Positions 18,802-29,072 of a stretch of 64,000 nt of DNA are shown one piece after another (position 1 is the stretch's first letter; each line of letters opens with the position of its first letter). The notes under the pieces were generated by a model, which saw nothing but the letters and a program-made list of their open reading frames with translations, searched no databases and had not been told where the DNA came from. This stretch comes from an uncultured Thermoprotei archaeon (GTDB lineage: Archaea > Thermoproteota > Thermoprotei > Thermofilales > B15-G2). Position numbers and translations under genes: made by a program. Where the stretch lies: positions 32,001-96,000 of the forward strand of contig CBDUKN010000007.1 of assembly GCA_965367815.1 (NCBI GenBank), read 5' to 3'.

Positions 18802-20585
18802 TGCATAGAGCACTGTGGATGGAGCCTGTGAAAGGAGAACATAAAATACCTCTTAAGGTTCTTTTAAAAAGGCTAGCTAAATTACTGGCTCCGTATAAGT
18901 GGGTTCTCTTAGGAGTCTTCGTCGTAACTATTCTGTGCGCTTTAATAGGGCTTGTTCAACCCTATTTAATTAAAGTCGCCATAGACAGCGGAATAAGTAA
19001 AGGCAATATGGAAGTGCTACTGAAGGCTTCAGCTTTATATCTGCTGGCAGTTGTGTCGCTCTGGGCTTTCGACTCAATAAGATCTTATTATTTCGAGTGG
19101 ATAGGAAATAGATTTGTATACGACTTAAGAGAAAAATTATTCAATCACATGGTAGGCCTATCTCACAGCTTTTTCGCGAAATCTCGTGTAGGAGACCTTA
19201 TAGCCCGTGTAATGAGCGACTGTGCCAGAGTAAGAGACGTTTTCATAAGTGGACTAGTAGCTGTAGCCGGCGACATTGTAAGCCTAGCAGGCGCACTAAT
19301 CATAATGTTCATACTAAACGTTGAGCTAACACTAGTTACGCTCACAATTATTCCCGCTATGATTATTGCAGCCTACTTGTTTACAACTAGATTTAGGAGA
19401 GTCTTCATGAAAGTTAGGGAAAAAACTTCGGAGCTCACAACTAAAGTACAAGAAAGTGTCTCGGGTATACGTGAAATACAGGCTTTTGCTAAAGAAAAAA
19501 GAAGTCTAAGAGAGTTCTGTAAAGTCAGTGAAGAGGCTCTCGAAGCTAGAATAGAGGCTACAAAAACATTTTCTCTTTTTCTGCCGCTAATGAACATTAT
19601 AATCACAATAGGCTCGGCTCTAGTAATATGGTACGGCGGACTAATGGTTGTAGCAGGCAGAACTACTGTAGGAGTACTAGTAGCGTTTATAACCTATACA
19701 TCTAGGTTCTTCAGGCCAATATTTACACTAGTATCAATGTACAATATAGTCCAAGAGGCGCTTGTCGCTTTAGAGAGAGTATTTGAGGTAATGGACGTTA
19801 AACCCGAAGTAGTCGACAAACCTGGAGCACTAGAACTAAAAGAAGTCAAAGGACATATAGTATTTGAAGACGTATGGTTCTCCTACGACAAAAAGACTCC
19901 TGTACTTAAAGGAGTGAGCTTTGAAGTCAGGCCTGGAGAAAAACTAGCGATAATTGGTCCTACTGGAGCAGGAAAAACAACAATTGTATATCTTCTCTGC
20001 AGGTTCTACGACCCCGATAAAGGGAGAGTTCTCGTAGATGGACACGACTTGAGAAATGTTAAGCAGAAGTCTCTAAGAAAATTCATAGGCTATGTTCCGC
20101 AAGACACTATACTTTTTCCAGGAACAGTAAAAGATAATATTAAAGTAAGTAAACCGGAGGCAAGCGACGAAGAAGTAGTAGAAGTATGCAAGAAGCTCGG
20201 AATACACCACATAATAGAAAAGCTTCCTCAAGGATACGATACAGACATAGGTGAATTCGGTAAAAGACTTTCAGCAGGCCAAAAACAGCTAATATCAATA
20301 GCTAGAGCACTTCTCAAGGATCCTCCGATACTGATACTAGACGAGGCAATGTCTAACGTCGATCCAGCTACAGAAAGCATAGTTAAGAGAGCTCTAGATA
20401 TTCTGATGAAAAACAGAACTACTATAATAATAGCACATAGACTTACTCTAGCCAGAGACGCCGATAAAATAATAGTAATTCAAGATGGCAGAATAATAGA
20501 AGAAGGCAGTCACGCCGGATTAATGGCGAAGAAAGGAGTATATTACAGACTTTATACAGCACAAATGGGAATAGCTGCTAAATAA
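18801..20585 (+). CDS. Heterodimeric ABC exporter subunit (TMD-NBD, consensus catalytic residues)
   Basis: GPTGAGKT, LSAGQ, ILILDE, IAHR; TAATG stop/start overlap with its partner. Confidence 0.93.
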   Translation: MHRALWMEPVKGEHKIPLKVLLKRLAKLLAPYKWVLLGVFVVTILCALIGLVQPYLIKVAIDSGISKGNMEVLLKASALYLLAVVSLWAFDSIRSYYFEWIGNRFVYDLREKLFNHMVGLSHSFFAKSRVGDLIARVMSDCARVRDVFISGLVAVAGDIVSLAGALIIMFILNVELTLVTLTIIPAMIIAAYLFTTRFRRVFMKVREKTSELTTKVQESVSGIREIQAFAKEKRSLREFCKVSEEALEARIEATKTFSLFLPLMNIIITIGSALVIWYGGLMVVAGRTTVGVLVAFITYTSRFFRPIFTLVSMYNIVQEALVALERVFEVMDVKPEVVDKPGALELKEVKGHIVFEDVWFSYDKKTPVLKGVSFEVRPGEKLAIIGPTGAGKTTIVYLLCRFYDPDKGRVLVDGHDLRNVKQKSLRKFIGYVPQDTILFPGTVKDNIKVSKPEASDEEVVEVCKKLGIHHIIEKLPQGYDTDIGEFGKRLSAGQKQLISIARALLKDPPILILDEAMSNVDPATESIVKRALDILMKNRTTIIIAHRLTLARDADKIIVIQDGRIIEEGSHAGLMAKKGVYYRLYTAQMGIAAK

Positions 20586-21144
20586 ACTCCTCGTTGTATT
20601 TTATCCCGATAGGACAGACTAGTACACATGATAAGCAAAATACACACTTATAGGTCTTAACTGAACTTAAGCCAATAGCGCCTACTGGACAAAAAGCTGT
20701 ACAAGCTAAACAGTTCTCACAAGGATTAAAATCACCTAAAGCCTGTTTCTTTTCAAAAACCTTATCCAAAGCAACTCCCGCAACAACTACTCTAGGACCA
20801 TACCTAGGTGTAACTAAACGCCCATTTCTTCCAACTACTCCTAAACCACCTTCCTCTGCATATTTCTCAAGAGGTAAATTAGTAAATGGCGGAATGTACT
20901 GAGCAAAAACACCTAGTGACTGTAGCTTTGATACAACATAAAATCCTATTTCAGAAGACTTTCTACAAGCTTCAATCATTTTAGAGAAAACGTTTCTCTT
21001 ACTCAGCCCTATGAAGGGAATATAGTACACTAGAATAGACTTAACCCAAGGAAAAATCTCCGCTAAGAGACTATCAGCCTTAACTACACACCACTCAGTT
21101 AAACCTACTTCGTTCAGTACCTTTTCTAATGAGAATATATCCAC
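20578..21144 (-). CDS. QueG-like 4Fe-4S dicluster protein (short)
   Basis: GLGVVGRNG.LVTPRYGPRV and two CxxCxxCxxxCP motifs. Confidence 0.75.
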   Translation of the reverse strand: MDIFSLEKVLNEVGLTEWCVVKADSLLAEIFPWVKSILVYYIPFIGLSKRNVFSKMIEACRKSSEIGFYVVSKLQSLGVFAQYIPPFTNLPLEKYAEEGGLGVVGRNGRLVTPRYGPRVVVAGVALDKVFEKKQALGDFNPCENCLACTAFCPVGAIGLSSVKTYKCVFCLSCVLVCPIGIKYNEEFI

Positions 21145-21232
21145 ATTAGCTTAGGCTTAAGAAAAGTATTAATTATTTTCTGTAAACAGTAAAACCGAAA
21201 AATATACTAGCAGTCAAGCGAACTAGCCATAG

Positions 21233-23053
21233 ATGTATTTAACCGAAATAAAGTTCATACAAGAATACTTCAAGCTGAAAAAACTATTTAGTAAACTGAA
21301 ACACTATAGTAATATACTCAAAATATACTTTGGATTAAAGTTATATGAATTTATATTAAGATATCCTAATGTGAATAAGTATAAATTAATAGAAATAGCT
21401 GAATTAAACAAAGATTTCTTTGCAATTAAAGTACTAGAAAAAATATTTGAAAGACCGAGCTATAAAGAGCTAGTCGAGTACATTATAGAGTCTGAAAACA
21501 TTAAGCTAGACGGCAACGGAGTACCTTATGTCGAAAAGAAAACTGTCTTGCCGAGGCCTGTTGCATGGACTATTGTAGGCTTTATTTTCAACAGTAATGT
21601 TGTTGAAAAATACATAGATTACTTAAAGCTGTGCATAAAAATAAGTGGTATAAAGGAGTTTCTAGAAGGTAAGCTAGAGAAGGTAGAGATTTTAGAGCCT
21701 CGAAAGTCTCTAAGCTATATTCTGTATAGCTTCCTTACAGGAAAGAATGTTTTATACAAGCAGGTTCTGCTTAAAGAACTTCTCAAAGCTAGATTTATAC
21801 TATACTGTAAATTTGCTGAGGAGACGGGAAGAAAACCCTATAGTTTTTCAACTATCCTTTCAGAAAACTATTTAAAAAGAATCGTTAACTTAGCTTACTT
21901 AAGTCTTAGAGAAAGATTTACTATCACACCTGCAGTAGCTCTTTCGGAAGACCTAATTCTATCTAAAAATGTCTCATTCACAGTAGTCTACGGTAGCTTA
22001 AAGAGAGGCTTTATTAACGCTTTATGGGATTTAGCGAGAGATGTACACGAATACGATATCTTCTCTAAAAGCAACATAGTCTTTTCCGCCTGCCATTGGA
22101 AGAAGCTAGCTTTACTTGAAGACAAAATTCTGCTTGCAGAAGGTTTTGTAGGAGAAGGAGACAAAGTAGTGTACGGGTCTTTAAAGTATCTTCCAGAAGT
22201 AAAATGTGTTTTCTTTCTGAACTTTCCATACGGAAAGGAAATAAGTCTTCACAAACATTTATCTGAGATTTTTTCGCAGAGAGACATTATTCAAGTAAAT
22301 CCCTATTTTTCATCTAAAATAGCTGATAGCAAGTACTTAACTAATATTGTTTTAAAGAAAGCGAAAATAAATATTCCTGCTCAGTTGAGGCTCCTCAGGG
22401 GCTTAAATTTAAGCTACTGTATAGAGCAGATAAAAGCTTTTTCGAGAGAGCTTGGAGCATCTATACTTGTAGTAAAGCCTGAGCACGGAACTGAGGGAAT
22501 ACAAGCTGAAGCCTTAGAGTTGTCTAACGAAAGAAAACTAATGCAGTGCTTGCAGAGAATTCTTCAAAGCGATAACGCCGTAGTAGAAGAGCTAAGAGGC
22601 AACATAGGGTACTTAGGATATCCTACTGTATTTAGAGTAGTTGTTTCATGGAACGGCGAAGACTTTGAGTGCGAAGGAGGATACGCTATAGTGTCTCCAG
22701 CTAAAAGGGAGTACATTGCTTCGGTATCACATGGAGGAAGAATAGTGGACATAAATACTGCTTTAAAAAACCTTTACACTTACAGTGAGCTGAAGCAAGT
22801 AAACGTGAATTCAGAAATACTAGTTTCTTCTTCTAAAAGAGCCGCTAAAGTACTGAATACTGGTTTCAGTGAAGAAGACTACTTGAAGTACATGGGCATA
22901 GACTTAGTACTTGAGCAGAGAAGTAAAGAAATCGAAGCAGTTGTCATTGAAGTAAATGCGAGACCTAGCGGTCTAAGTTTCCTAAAGAAAATAGACTCAG
23001 GTGAAGTAAACGTTATAAAAAATTTGTTAAAGTATTTAAAGAGATTCGAGTAA
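21233..23053 (+). CDS. Protein with a C-terminal ATP-grasp domain and an unknown N-terminus
   Basis: ADSKY, VVKPEHGTEG, MGIDL and VIEVNARP ATP-grasp motifs. Confidence 0.72.
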   Translation: MYLTEIKFIQEYFKLKKLFSKLKHYSNILKIYFGLKLYEFILRYPNVNKYKLIEIAELNKDFFAIKVLEKIFERPSYKELVEYIIESENIKLDGNGVPYVEKKTVLPRPVAWTIVGFIFNSNVVEKYIDYLKLCIKISGIKEFLEGKLEKVEILEPRKSLSYILYSFLTGKNVLYKQVLLKELLKARFILYCKFAEETGRKPYSFSTILSENYLKRIVNLAYLSLRERFTITPAVALSEDLILSKNVSFTVVYGSLKRGFINALWDLARDVHEYDIFSKSNIVFSACHWKKLALLEDKILLAEGFVGEGDKVVYGSLKYLPEVKCVFFLNFPYGKEISLHKHLSEIFSQRDIIQVNPYFSSKIADSKYLTNIVLKKAKINIPAQLRLLRGLNLSYCIEQIKAFSRELGASILVVKPEHGTEGIQAEALELSNERKLMQCLQRILQSDNAVVEELRGNIGYLGYPTVFRVVVSWNGEDFECEGGYAIVSPAKREYIASVSHGGRIVDINTALKNLYTYSELKQVNVNSEILVSSSKRAAKVLNTGFSEEDYLKYMGIDLVLEQRSKEIEAVVIEVNARPSGLSFLKKIDSGEVNVIKNLLKYLKRFE

Positions 23054-23533
23054 AGCAGCAGCTTCTTTAACTTTGTTTAAAGCTTCAGAAACTTTCTCTT
23101 TATAGGTATTCAGTTTATTCTCAGCCTCTTCTAGTTTCTTTTTAACTTCTTCTAGCTCAGCTTTGAGTTTCTCTATATCTTCTTTAGGCGCAGCCCTAAC
23201 TAAGGGAACTTCTATCTTTACTCCTTCTCTAGCAAAGCGTTCGTAAGTTTCTCTCACAAGTTTTCCTGCCTCAGTTTTACCAGACAGGTGATTTCTAATA
23301 GTAGCTTCAGTTCTACCTAGTTCTTCAGCTATCATTGATATCGTGTAGCCAGCTTTTTCTCTAGCTAAAGCTGCGGCAGCTACTCCGAGAGAATCTAGCC
23401 AAGTTAAGCGTTCTTCAGCATGCTTCATTTTCTCTAAAACATCTTCTCTGAGTAGAGTAGCTATCATTAAGGCAGTTTCAAGTTTATGAATATCGCTCTT
23501 AGTCAAAGGCTTGAGAGGAATTTCTTCGCTCAT
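23036..23533 (-). CDS. Archaeal HTH regulator (COG1318 / near-KaiC domain type) with coiled-coil tail
   Basis: RLTWLDSL.VAA.ALAREKAG, IAEELGRTEATIRNHL. Confidence 0.8.
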   Translation of the reverse strand: MSEEIPLKPLTKSDIHKLETALMIATLLREDVLEKMKHAEERLTWLDSLGVAAAALAREKAGYTISMIAEELGRTEATIRNHLSGKTEAGKLVRETYERFAREGVKIEVPLVRAAPKEDIEKLKAELEEVKKKLEEAENKLNTYKEKVSEALNKVKEAAALLESL

Positions 23534-23651
23534 ACTATAATATATACTGGATTTACAGTATATTATTTAATCGCCTAAATTTCTTCTCGATCTCGCGGAA
23601 AGCTAATAGTATATGCGTTAAGTAAATTAAAGACTTGTTCAACGAATAGGT

Positions 23652-24527
23652 GTGCACGTATTCATAAGTCATATTTGTCTCCAGTGTCTAGGTAAGCTAG
23701 CATACTACTTCGTATCGAAGACTAAGCTCAGTGAAGAAGAGAAAATAAGGGCTACAGCACACCTCTACAGAAAGATAGCCGAGCTATTTGAAGGAGATTT
23801 AAGCAACTACATGGAGATCTGCGCCAACTTCTACTTAGAAGTATTCAAGGTCACTGGTGAAGAAGACTTATTTGCTGAAGAAAAGAAGCTGAGCAATGAA
23901 ATAGCTTTCAAGCTACTTGACTTAGCTAAACAGCATGCCGAAACTCTCAGCGGAGCAATTAAAGTAGCTGCTGTCGGAAATGCACTAGACTTCGGTACAG
24001 GCGTATACGAGGTTTCCCTAGAAGATTTCAAGAAAGAGTTTTCTGAACTTGTATCTCGGGAATTCGCTATAAACGACTACAGTGTATTCGTAGAAGACTT
24101 AAAGAAGTCTCAGAACATACTCTATGTTCTCGACAATGCTGGAGAAGCAGTATTTGATTTAGTGCTAGTAGAAAAACTGAAAGAATATGTAGATGAAGTA
24201 ATTGTAGCGGCGCGAGACAAGCCTGTACAAAACGACGTGACGGCAAAAGAGGCTCTAGAACTAGGCTTCAGAAAAATAGCTAAAGTTATCAGTACTGGGT
24301 CTAGAGTACCTGGAATTTATTTAAAGACATGTAGCAGCGAATTCATTGAGATCTTGAAGAACAGCGACCTTGTTGTTCTCAAAGGACAGGGCAATTACCA
24401 GTCAATAGATGAAATAAAGAAAGTTAGAAGCAAGCCTACGTACGCTATTCTGAGAGCAAAGTGTCCTCCAGTAGCAAAAGCTCTTGGCGTGAAGTACGGA
24501 GACTTTGTTTTCAAGAAGCTGATTTAA
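23652..24527 (+). CDS. DUF89/ARMT1-like damage-control phosphatase
   Basis: N-terminal CxxC, GNALD, DNAGE, NDVT, KGQGNY, AKC. Confidence 0.9.
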   Translation: MHVFISHICLQCLGKLAYYFVSKTKLSEEEKIRATAHLYRKIAELFEGDLSNYMEICANFYLEVFKVTGEEDLFAEEKKLSNEIAFKLLDLAKQHAETLSGAIKVAAVGNALDFGTGVYEVSLEDFKKEFSELVSREFAINDYSVFVEDLKKSQNILYVLDNAGEAVFDLVLVEKLKEYVDEVIVAARDKPVQNDVTAKEALELGFRKIAKVISTGSRVPGIYLKTCSSEFIEILKNSDLVVLKGQGNYQSIDEIKKVRSKPTYAILRAKCPPVAKALGVKYGDFVFKKLI

Positions 24528-24591
24528 CGGAAAGAGAAAATCGAGACTTTTAGTACACATGCTTTTTATATAGCAAGCTGAGGTAATTGCC

Positions 24592-25905
24592 GTGTACAAG
24601 AAAATAGTATTCTTCATACTCACACTTATTTCCTCGTTTGTAATAATGTATAGCGTAGTATCGAAGTGTCCTCTACTGCCCGGCATAGACGGTCCCTACT
24701 ACTTAGTTCAGACAAATTATCTCTTAAAGTACTTTAAGCTAAAATACATGGATCCTCCTTTGGCTTTCTTTATTCTAGCTTTCTTCAGATTGTTTATAAG
24801 CGACCCCTTTGTAGCGCTTAAAGTAGGAATAACAGTAATTACGTCAAATATAGCAGCCACTATTTTCCTTTACTCAGATTACTTCACTAAAGACGAAATA
24901 CAGGCTTTCTTAATTTCGCTTATATTTGTCTTAAACAGCACTACATTTAGACTGCTGCAAGACTTCTGGAAAAACATAACTGGCTTCATTTGGATAGTTC
25001 TGTCGCTGTATTTTACTGCAAGAGGGGTAAACGAGAACAACAGAAAGTACTGTATCTTAGCCTCACTATTCATAGTGCTGACCTATTTAACACATATACT
25101 TGACGCAGGAACCATTACCTTGATCTATCTATTTACACCATTTTTTCTTCTAATACACTCTACTAAAAGTGTTAAGAAAGTATGGGTTCAGGTAGCTACA
25201 GCAGCATTAATGCTTGCAGCAGCTTTCGCAGCGCCAATAATTGTCGGAGGAGATATAGCCAAAGGAGTAGCCTTTATTGAAGACTTACTGGAGCTAGAGA
25301 AAGAGGTAGAAGAATTTCCGCCTATTATTGCTGTAAGGTGGTCGTTTACAGGACTTCTCTTCGGTGCAGCCTGCTTAATCTTTTCAATATACTATATTAA
25401 AAGAAAGCCTGTGTGCAGTATACTGGGAGCAATAGGTGTAGCTTTAATAGCGCTAAATTTACCTTTCATTGAAAGAGGCTGGCTATGGAGATTTCAGTTA
25501 ATGAATGGACTTCTCATAACTTTAGCTCTTCCAGTAATTTTAGCGGAAATCGAAGACAAGACCGCTAAAATAGCTATACTTCTTCTAATTCTAGGCTTTG
25601 TTGTATACGACTCTGCCTACTACTTCGACAGAGGACTCCGTATGAGCATATCTTTAGCTGAATACGCTGAAATAAAGCTTCTTGTGAAAAAGCTCCCTCC
25701 AGGCGCAACTCTAGTAGTACCTAATACTAAGCTAAGGTACTGGATTGAAACATTTTGCGAAAATGTAGTTAGACAGCCGACAGGAGCTGAGGGAAAGCTT
25801 ATTCTAGTAATTGAGAAAAGAGTAGTGCACAAAAGACCTCCTTGGCCTGTGTTTTTCAGAGGAAAATTTATTGAAGCATACATTATATTGAAAAAGAGAC
25901 CTTAA
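24592..25905 (+). CDS. Polytopic membrane protein, GT-C glycosyltransferase-like
   Basis: GIDGPYY and YMDPPL after TM1, ~11 TM segments and a small soluble C-terminal domain. Confidence 0.5.
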   Translation: MYKKIVFFILTLISSFVIMYSVVSKCPLLPGIDGPYYLVQTNYLLKYFKLKYMDPPLAFFILAFFRLFISDPFVALKVGITVITSNIAATIFLYSDYFTKDEIQAFLISLIFVLNSTTFRLLQDFWKNITGFIWIVLSLYFTARGVNENNRKYCILASLFIVLTYLTHILDAGTITLIYLFTPFFLLIHSTKSVKKVWVQVATAALMLAAAFAAPIIVGGDIAKGVAFIEDLLELEKEVEEFPPIIAVRWSFTGLLFGAACLIFSIYYIKRKPVCSILGAIGVALIALNLPFIERGWLWRFQLMNGLLITLALPVILAEIEDKTAKIAILLLILGFVVYDSAYYFDRGLRMSISLAEYAEIKLLVKKLPPGATLVVPNTKLRYWIETFCENVVRQPTGAEGKLILVIEKRVVHKRPPWPVFFRGKFIEAYIILKKRP

Positions 25906-25960
25906 GTTTCACAGGGTAGAAGTTTTTTATAATAGATAATATACAGTACCTTGAGGTGTT

Positions 25961-28900
25961 ATGCTTAAAGGGAAATTATTAGCTTTCATACTAGGATTAA
26001 CTCTAATATCAGCGGCTCTGCTAGCGCCTATTTCAGCTGTACCAATGTTTACCATAAGAGGATATGTTAAAACATGGAAAGGAGAGCCTCACACCAATAC
26101 TATAGTCGTGGCATTCGATATAGCAAACTACGAAGTAAGAGGAGTGACTAAAACAAATGCTAGCGGATACTTTGAAATTACAGTACCGAGAGGCTATAAG
26201 TACGTAGTATTTATTCTGCCGCTCAACGCTAATGGAACAGCTCTAAGCCATGTACCAGAAATAGCCGACTTACATTCATTTGAAGACTTAGTTGAAGTCA
26301 CTATAAACTTCAAGGCATACCCAGCAGCATTTGTTAAAGTCTACGGAACAATACACTATGTTGGGGGAGATTGGCTCGAAATATTTTCACTTAAAGTACT
26401 AGATACAAGCGGAACAAGGATATCTGAAGTACTAGACGCAGGTAAAGCAGTATACTCAAGAGAGTTCGTGGGTAAAGGTGAAGTAAAAGTATCTCTTGTC
26501 GACGAATATGGCACAGCGTCAAGTTTCCTCGTATACTATGAAGTAGGAGTAAGGAGAGGAAAACTGCCTGCAGGTCTAGCCGATAAAAGCATAGCTATAG
26601 TTCCTGCAGAAAAACCAGTTATAGTTGAGTTCACGACAAGCATAATAGATAACCGTAAGCCACCGTTCCTTAGAGAACCAATACACAGAGTAAAATTCAC
26701 TATAGGAGATCCACTCAACCCGCTAACACTAAAACCCGGAGAAAAAGTATTATTTGATATCGAGAAAGAGTCCTTGAAGAGAATTATCCAGGAAGTTAGA
26801 AGAGACGTCGATATAGCTGAATCACTCATAGAAGAAATGGAGCGAATGGGCTTCTACCTAGCTCCAGAGAGAGCAGACTTAGCTAAAGCTATAGCGCTAA
26901 TAGAAGAAGCAAAGCTCGCCTATGAGCAGAACCAGCCAGTAGAGCAGATAATAGAGAAGCTTGAGAGAGCATACGTTATAGCGACACAAGTAGTAGCTGG
27001 ACGAGTATTTTTCCTCAAAACAGTTGCTTTAGAGGGAGCGCCTCTTCTCTCATACTTCATAGCACTCTTCGCAGCAGTAATGGCCTACTACTTCTTCGAA
27101 GACCCCAAGAAAAAACTATACTCGTTCATAGCGTTCTTCGCAGCCTTCATGATAATATTCGCGCTATCTTACCCAGGATTCCCACTACTATGGAACAACA
27201 GAAGAGACCTCTTCCTAATCTCAGTATCTACAGCCTTCTTCGGAGTACTCTTCTTACTATTCTACTTACCCATCAAAATAAAGGAAGCAGAGCTCCCAGG
27301 AACATTCAGAAGAGGAGCAATACTGGCAGTAACATTCTCACTTGCAAAGAGATTCTCTAGACTCAAGAAAACTAGAACAGGTATAGTAGTGTTCTCTCTA
27401 GCGGCTCTAATCTGGGCGTTTACAGTACTAGCATCTATTTCAACAGTATACGGCATATGGAGCGCTGAAGTACCTTCAGTAACCAAGGTAAACGCGCTAG
27501 TGGTAAAGCACTTAATAAATGAGACAACTATAAGTTCACTAGGCTATTTCTCTGACTACCAGTGGTTCGTCCAGCAGCTAGGCAACGATAGTGTATCAGT
27601 AGTAGTCTATAACGATCCGACAATTAAGCTAACTATACTCATTACTTCACCTGAAGGAAAATCTGTTGAAGTCAAAGCCTTCATGGGAGTCTCAGAGATA
27701 GAAGACAAAATTACAGGCATATCAAAAATAATAGTTGAAGGAGACTGGTCAAAAGTAGAGGAAAAGAACTCTGTCTTCTTACCTTCAACTCTAGCTGAGA
27801 AGCTTGGAGTGAAAGTAGGAGATGTAGTTAAAATAGAAGTATATAGGCCGGGAGTAGAAATACCTGTATCAGAAAAATACGTTGTCGCAGGAATATTTGA
27901 TGAACTGTCTCTAGACAGAATAAAAGATATCGATGGAACACCGCTTAAACCACTAGTTCTAGTGAAAGGAGGCTTTGCTCCAGCAAACTCAACAGACATA
28001 ATTATTGGCAACTGGGAGTACTTACTCAAAGAAGTTCTCCTTGAAGAGAAAGCACTATTCTCAACAGTATTTAAGATATACAGAATAGCTGCAGTAGGGT
28101 CATCAGATGTACTGAAGAGCGTAGCCAGAAGATATATTGAAAGAAAAGGTGAAGGCTACTATGTTTACGTAAATACTGAAGGCAAGTGCTACAAACTTTT
28201 CTTCGGACAGAAAGTAGAAAACATCTTAATGAGAAACGTTGACTTCATAATACCAATAGCAATAGTAATCTCGGTAGTACTTGTATCAATGTACAGTATA
28301 GTAGAGGAAAGAAGAAGAGAAATATTTATCTTCAACGCTATAGGCTTCAATCCAATGCACATAGCCTTCCTATTCTTAGCGGAGTCAATAGTCTACGGAC
28401 TCATATCAGGAGGCCTAGGATACATAGCTGGAATAGTCACCTTCAGAGTAATGGCAACATACTTCTCGTCACTAAACCTCCTAGTAAGAGAAAAGCTAGA
28501 GTGGTACTGGAGCATCATAGCAATATTTATCTCAATACTAGTAGCCATGATCGCTTCCTTCAAGCCAGCACTCAAAGCAGCCATGATGTACACTCCATCA
28601 AGAGTACGCAGAGTAAAGGCCACTGAGGCAGAAAAACTCAAACGCGAAGAAAAAATCCTAGTAACCTACGTAGGCAAGAGGTATCTACTATCAGCTAAAA
28701 TCAAGGAAGATGAGGCCGTAATATTCTTCTCGTTTATATACTCAAGGCTCAAGGACATGGAGTCAGGATACACTGAGAGAGTAGAAGATCTGCAGGAATA
28801 TGATGAAGAAGAGCTTCCCGACGGAACACTAGTAAAGAGATTCACCTTCAAGTGCGTGCTCTTAGTTGAAGGAGAGCGCGTAGTCATAGACAACGACTTG

Positions 28901-29071
28901 AGGTGCACAAAGAGTTCTAAAGAGAAGTTCTATAGAGTAGAGCTCTACGCGAAGCCTCATGGCGAAAAAGAAATCCCGCTGAGGTACCTTGATAGAGTAG
29001 CCTCAATGATCAACGATATACTCAAGTCATGGGAAGAAGAAAGAAAGAGGCTGCTGTCGTCGCGCCGATAA
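25961..29071 (+). CDS. Large FtsX/MacB-like permease with N-terminal Ig-like ectodomain
   Basis: Signal peptide, carboxypeptidase-regulatory-like beta domain, 3 TM, MacB-type LAEKLGVKVGD loop, ERRREI..FNAIG, FLAES, TPS tail. Confidence 0.82.
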   Translation: MLKGKLLAFILGLTLISAALLAPISAVPMFTIRGYVKTWKGEPHTNTIVVAFDIANYEVRGVTKTNASGYFEITVPRGYKYVVFILPLNANGTALSHVPEIADLHSFEDLVEVTINFKAYPAAFVKVYGTIHYVGGDWLEIFSLKVLDTSGTRISEVLDAGKAVYSREFVGKGEVKVSLVDEYGTASSFLVYYEVGVRRGKLPAGLADKSIAIVPAEKPVIVEFTTSIIDNRKPPFLREPIHRVKFTIGDPLNPLTLKPGEKVLFDIEKESLKRIIQEVRRDVDIAESLIEEMERMGFYLAPERADLAKAIALIEEAKLAYEQNQPVEQIIEKLERAYVIATQVVAGRVFFLKTVALEGAPLLSYFIALFAAVMAYYFFEDPKKKLYSFIAFFAAFMIIFALSYPGFPLLWNNRRDLFLISVSTAFFGVLFLLFYLPIKIKEAELPGTFRRGAILAVTFSLAKRFSRLKKTRTGIVVFSLAALIWAFTVLASISTVYGIWSAEVPSVTKVNALVVKHLINETTISSLGYFSDYQWFVQQLGNDSVSVVVYNDPTIKLTILITSPEGKSVEVKAFMGVSEIEDKITGISKIIVEGDWSKVEEKNSVFLPSTLAEKLGVKVGDVVKIEVYRPGVEIPVSEKYVVAGIFDELSLDRIKDIDGTPLKPLVLVKGGFAPANSTDIIIGNWEYLLKEVLLEEKALFSTVFKIYRIAAVGSSDVLKSVARRYIERKGEGYYVYVNTEGKCYKLFFGQKVENILMRNVDFIIPIAIVISVVLVSMYSIVEERRREIFIFNAIGFNPMHIAFLFLAESIVYGLISGGLGYIAGIVTFRVMATYFSSLNLLVREKLEWYWSIIAIFISILVAMIASFKPALKAAMMYTPSRVRRVKATEAEKLKREEKILVTYVGKRYLLSAKIKEDEAVIFFSFIYSRLKDMESGYTERVEDLQEYDEEELPDGTLVKRFTFKCVLLVEGERVVIDNDLRCTKSSKEKFYRVELYAKPHGEKEIPLRYLDRVASMINDILKSWEEERKRLLSSRR

Positions 29072-29072
29072 A

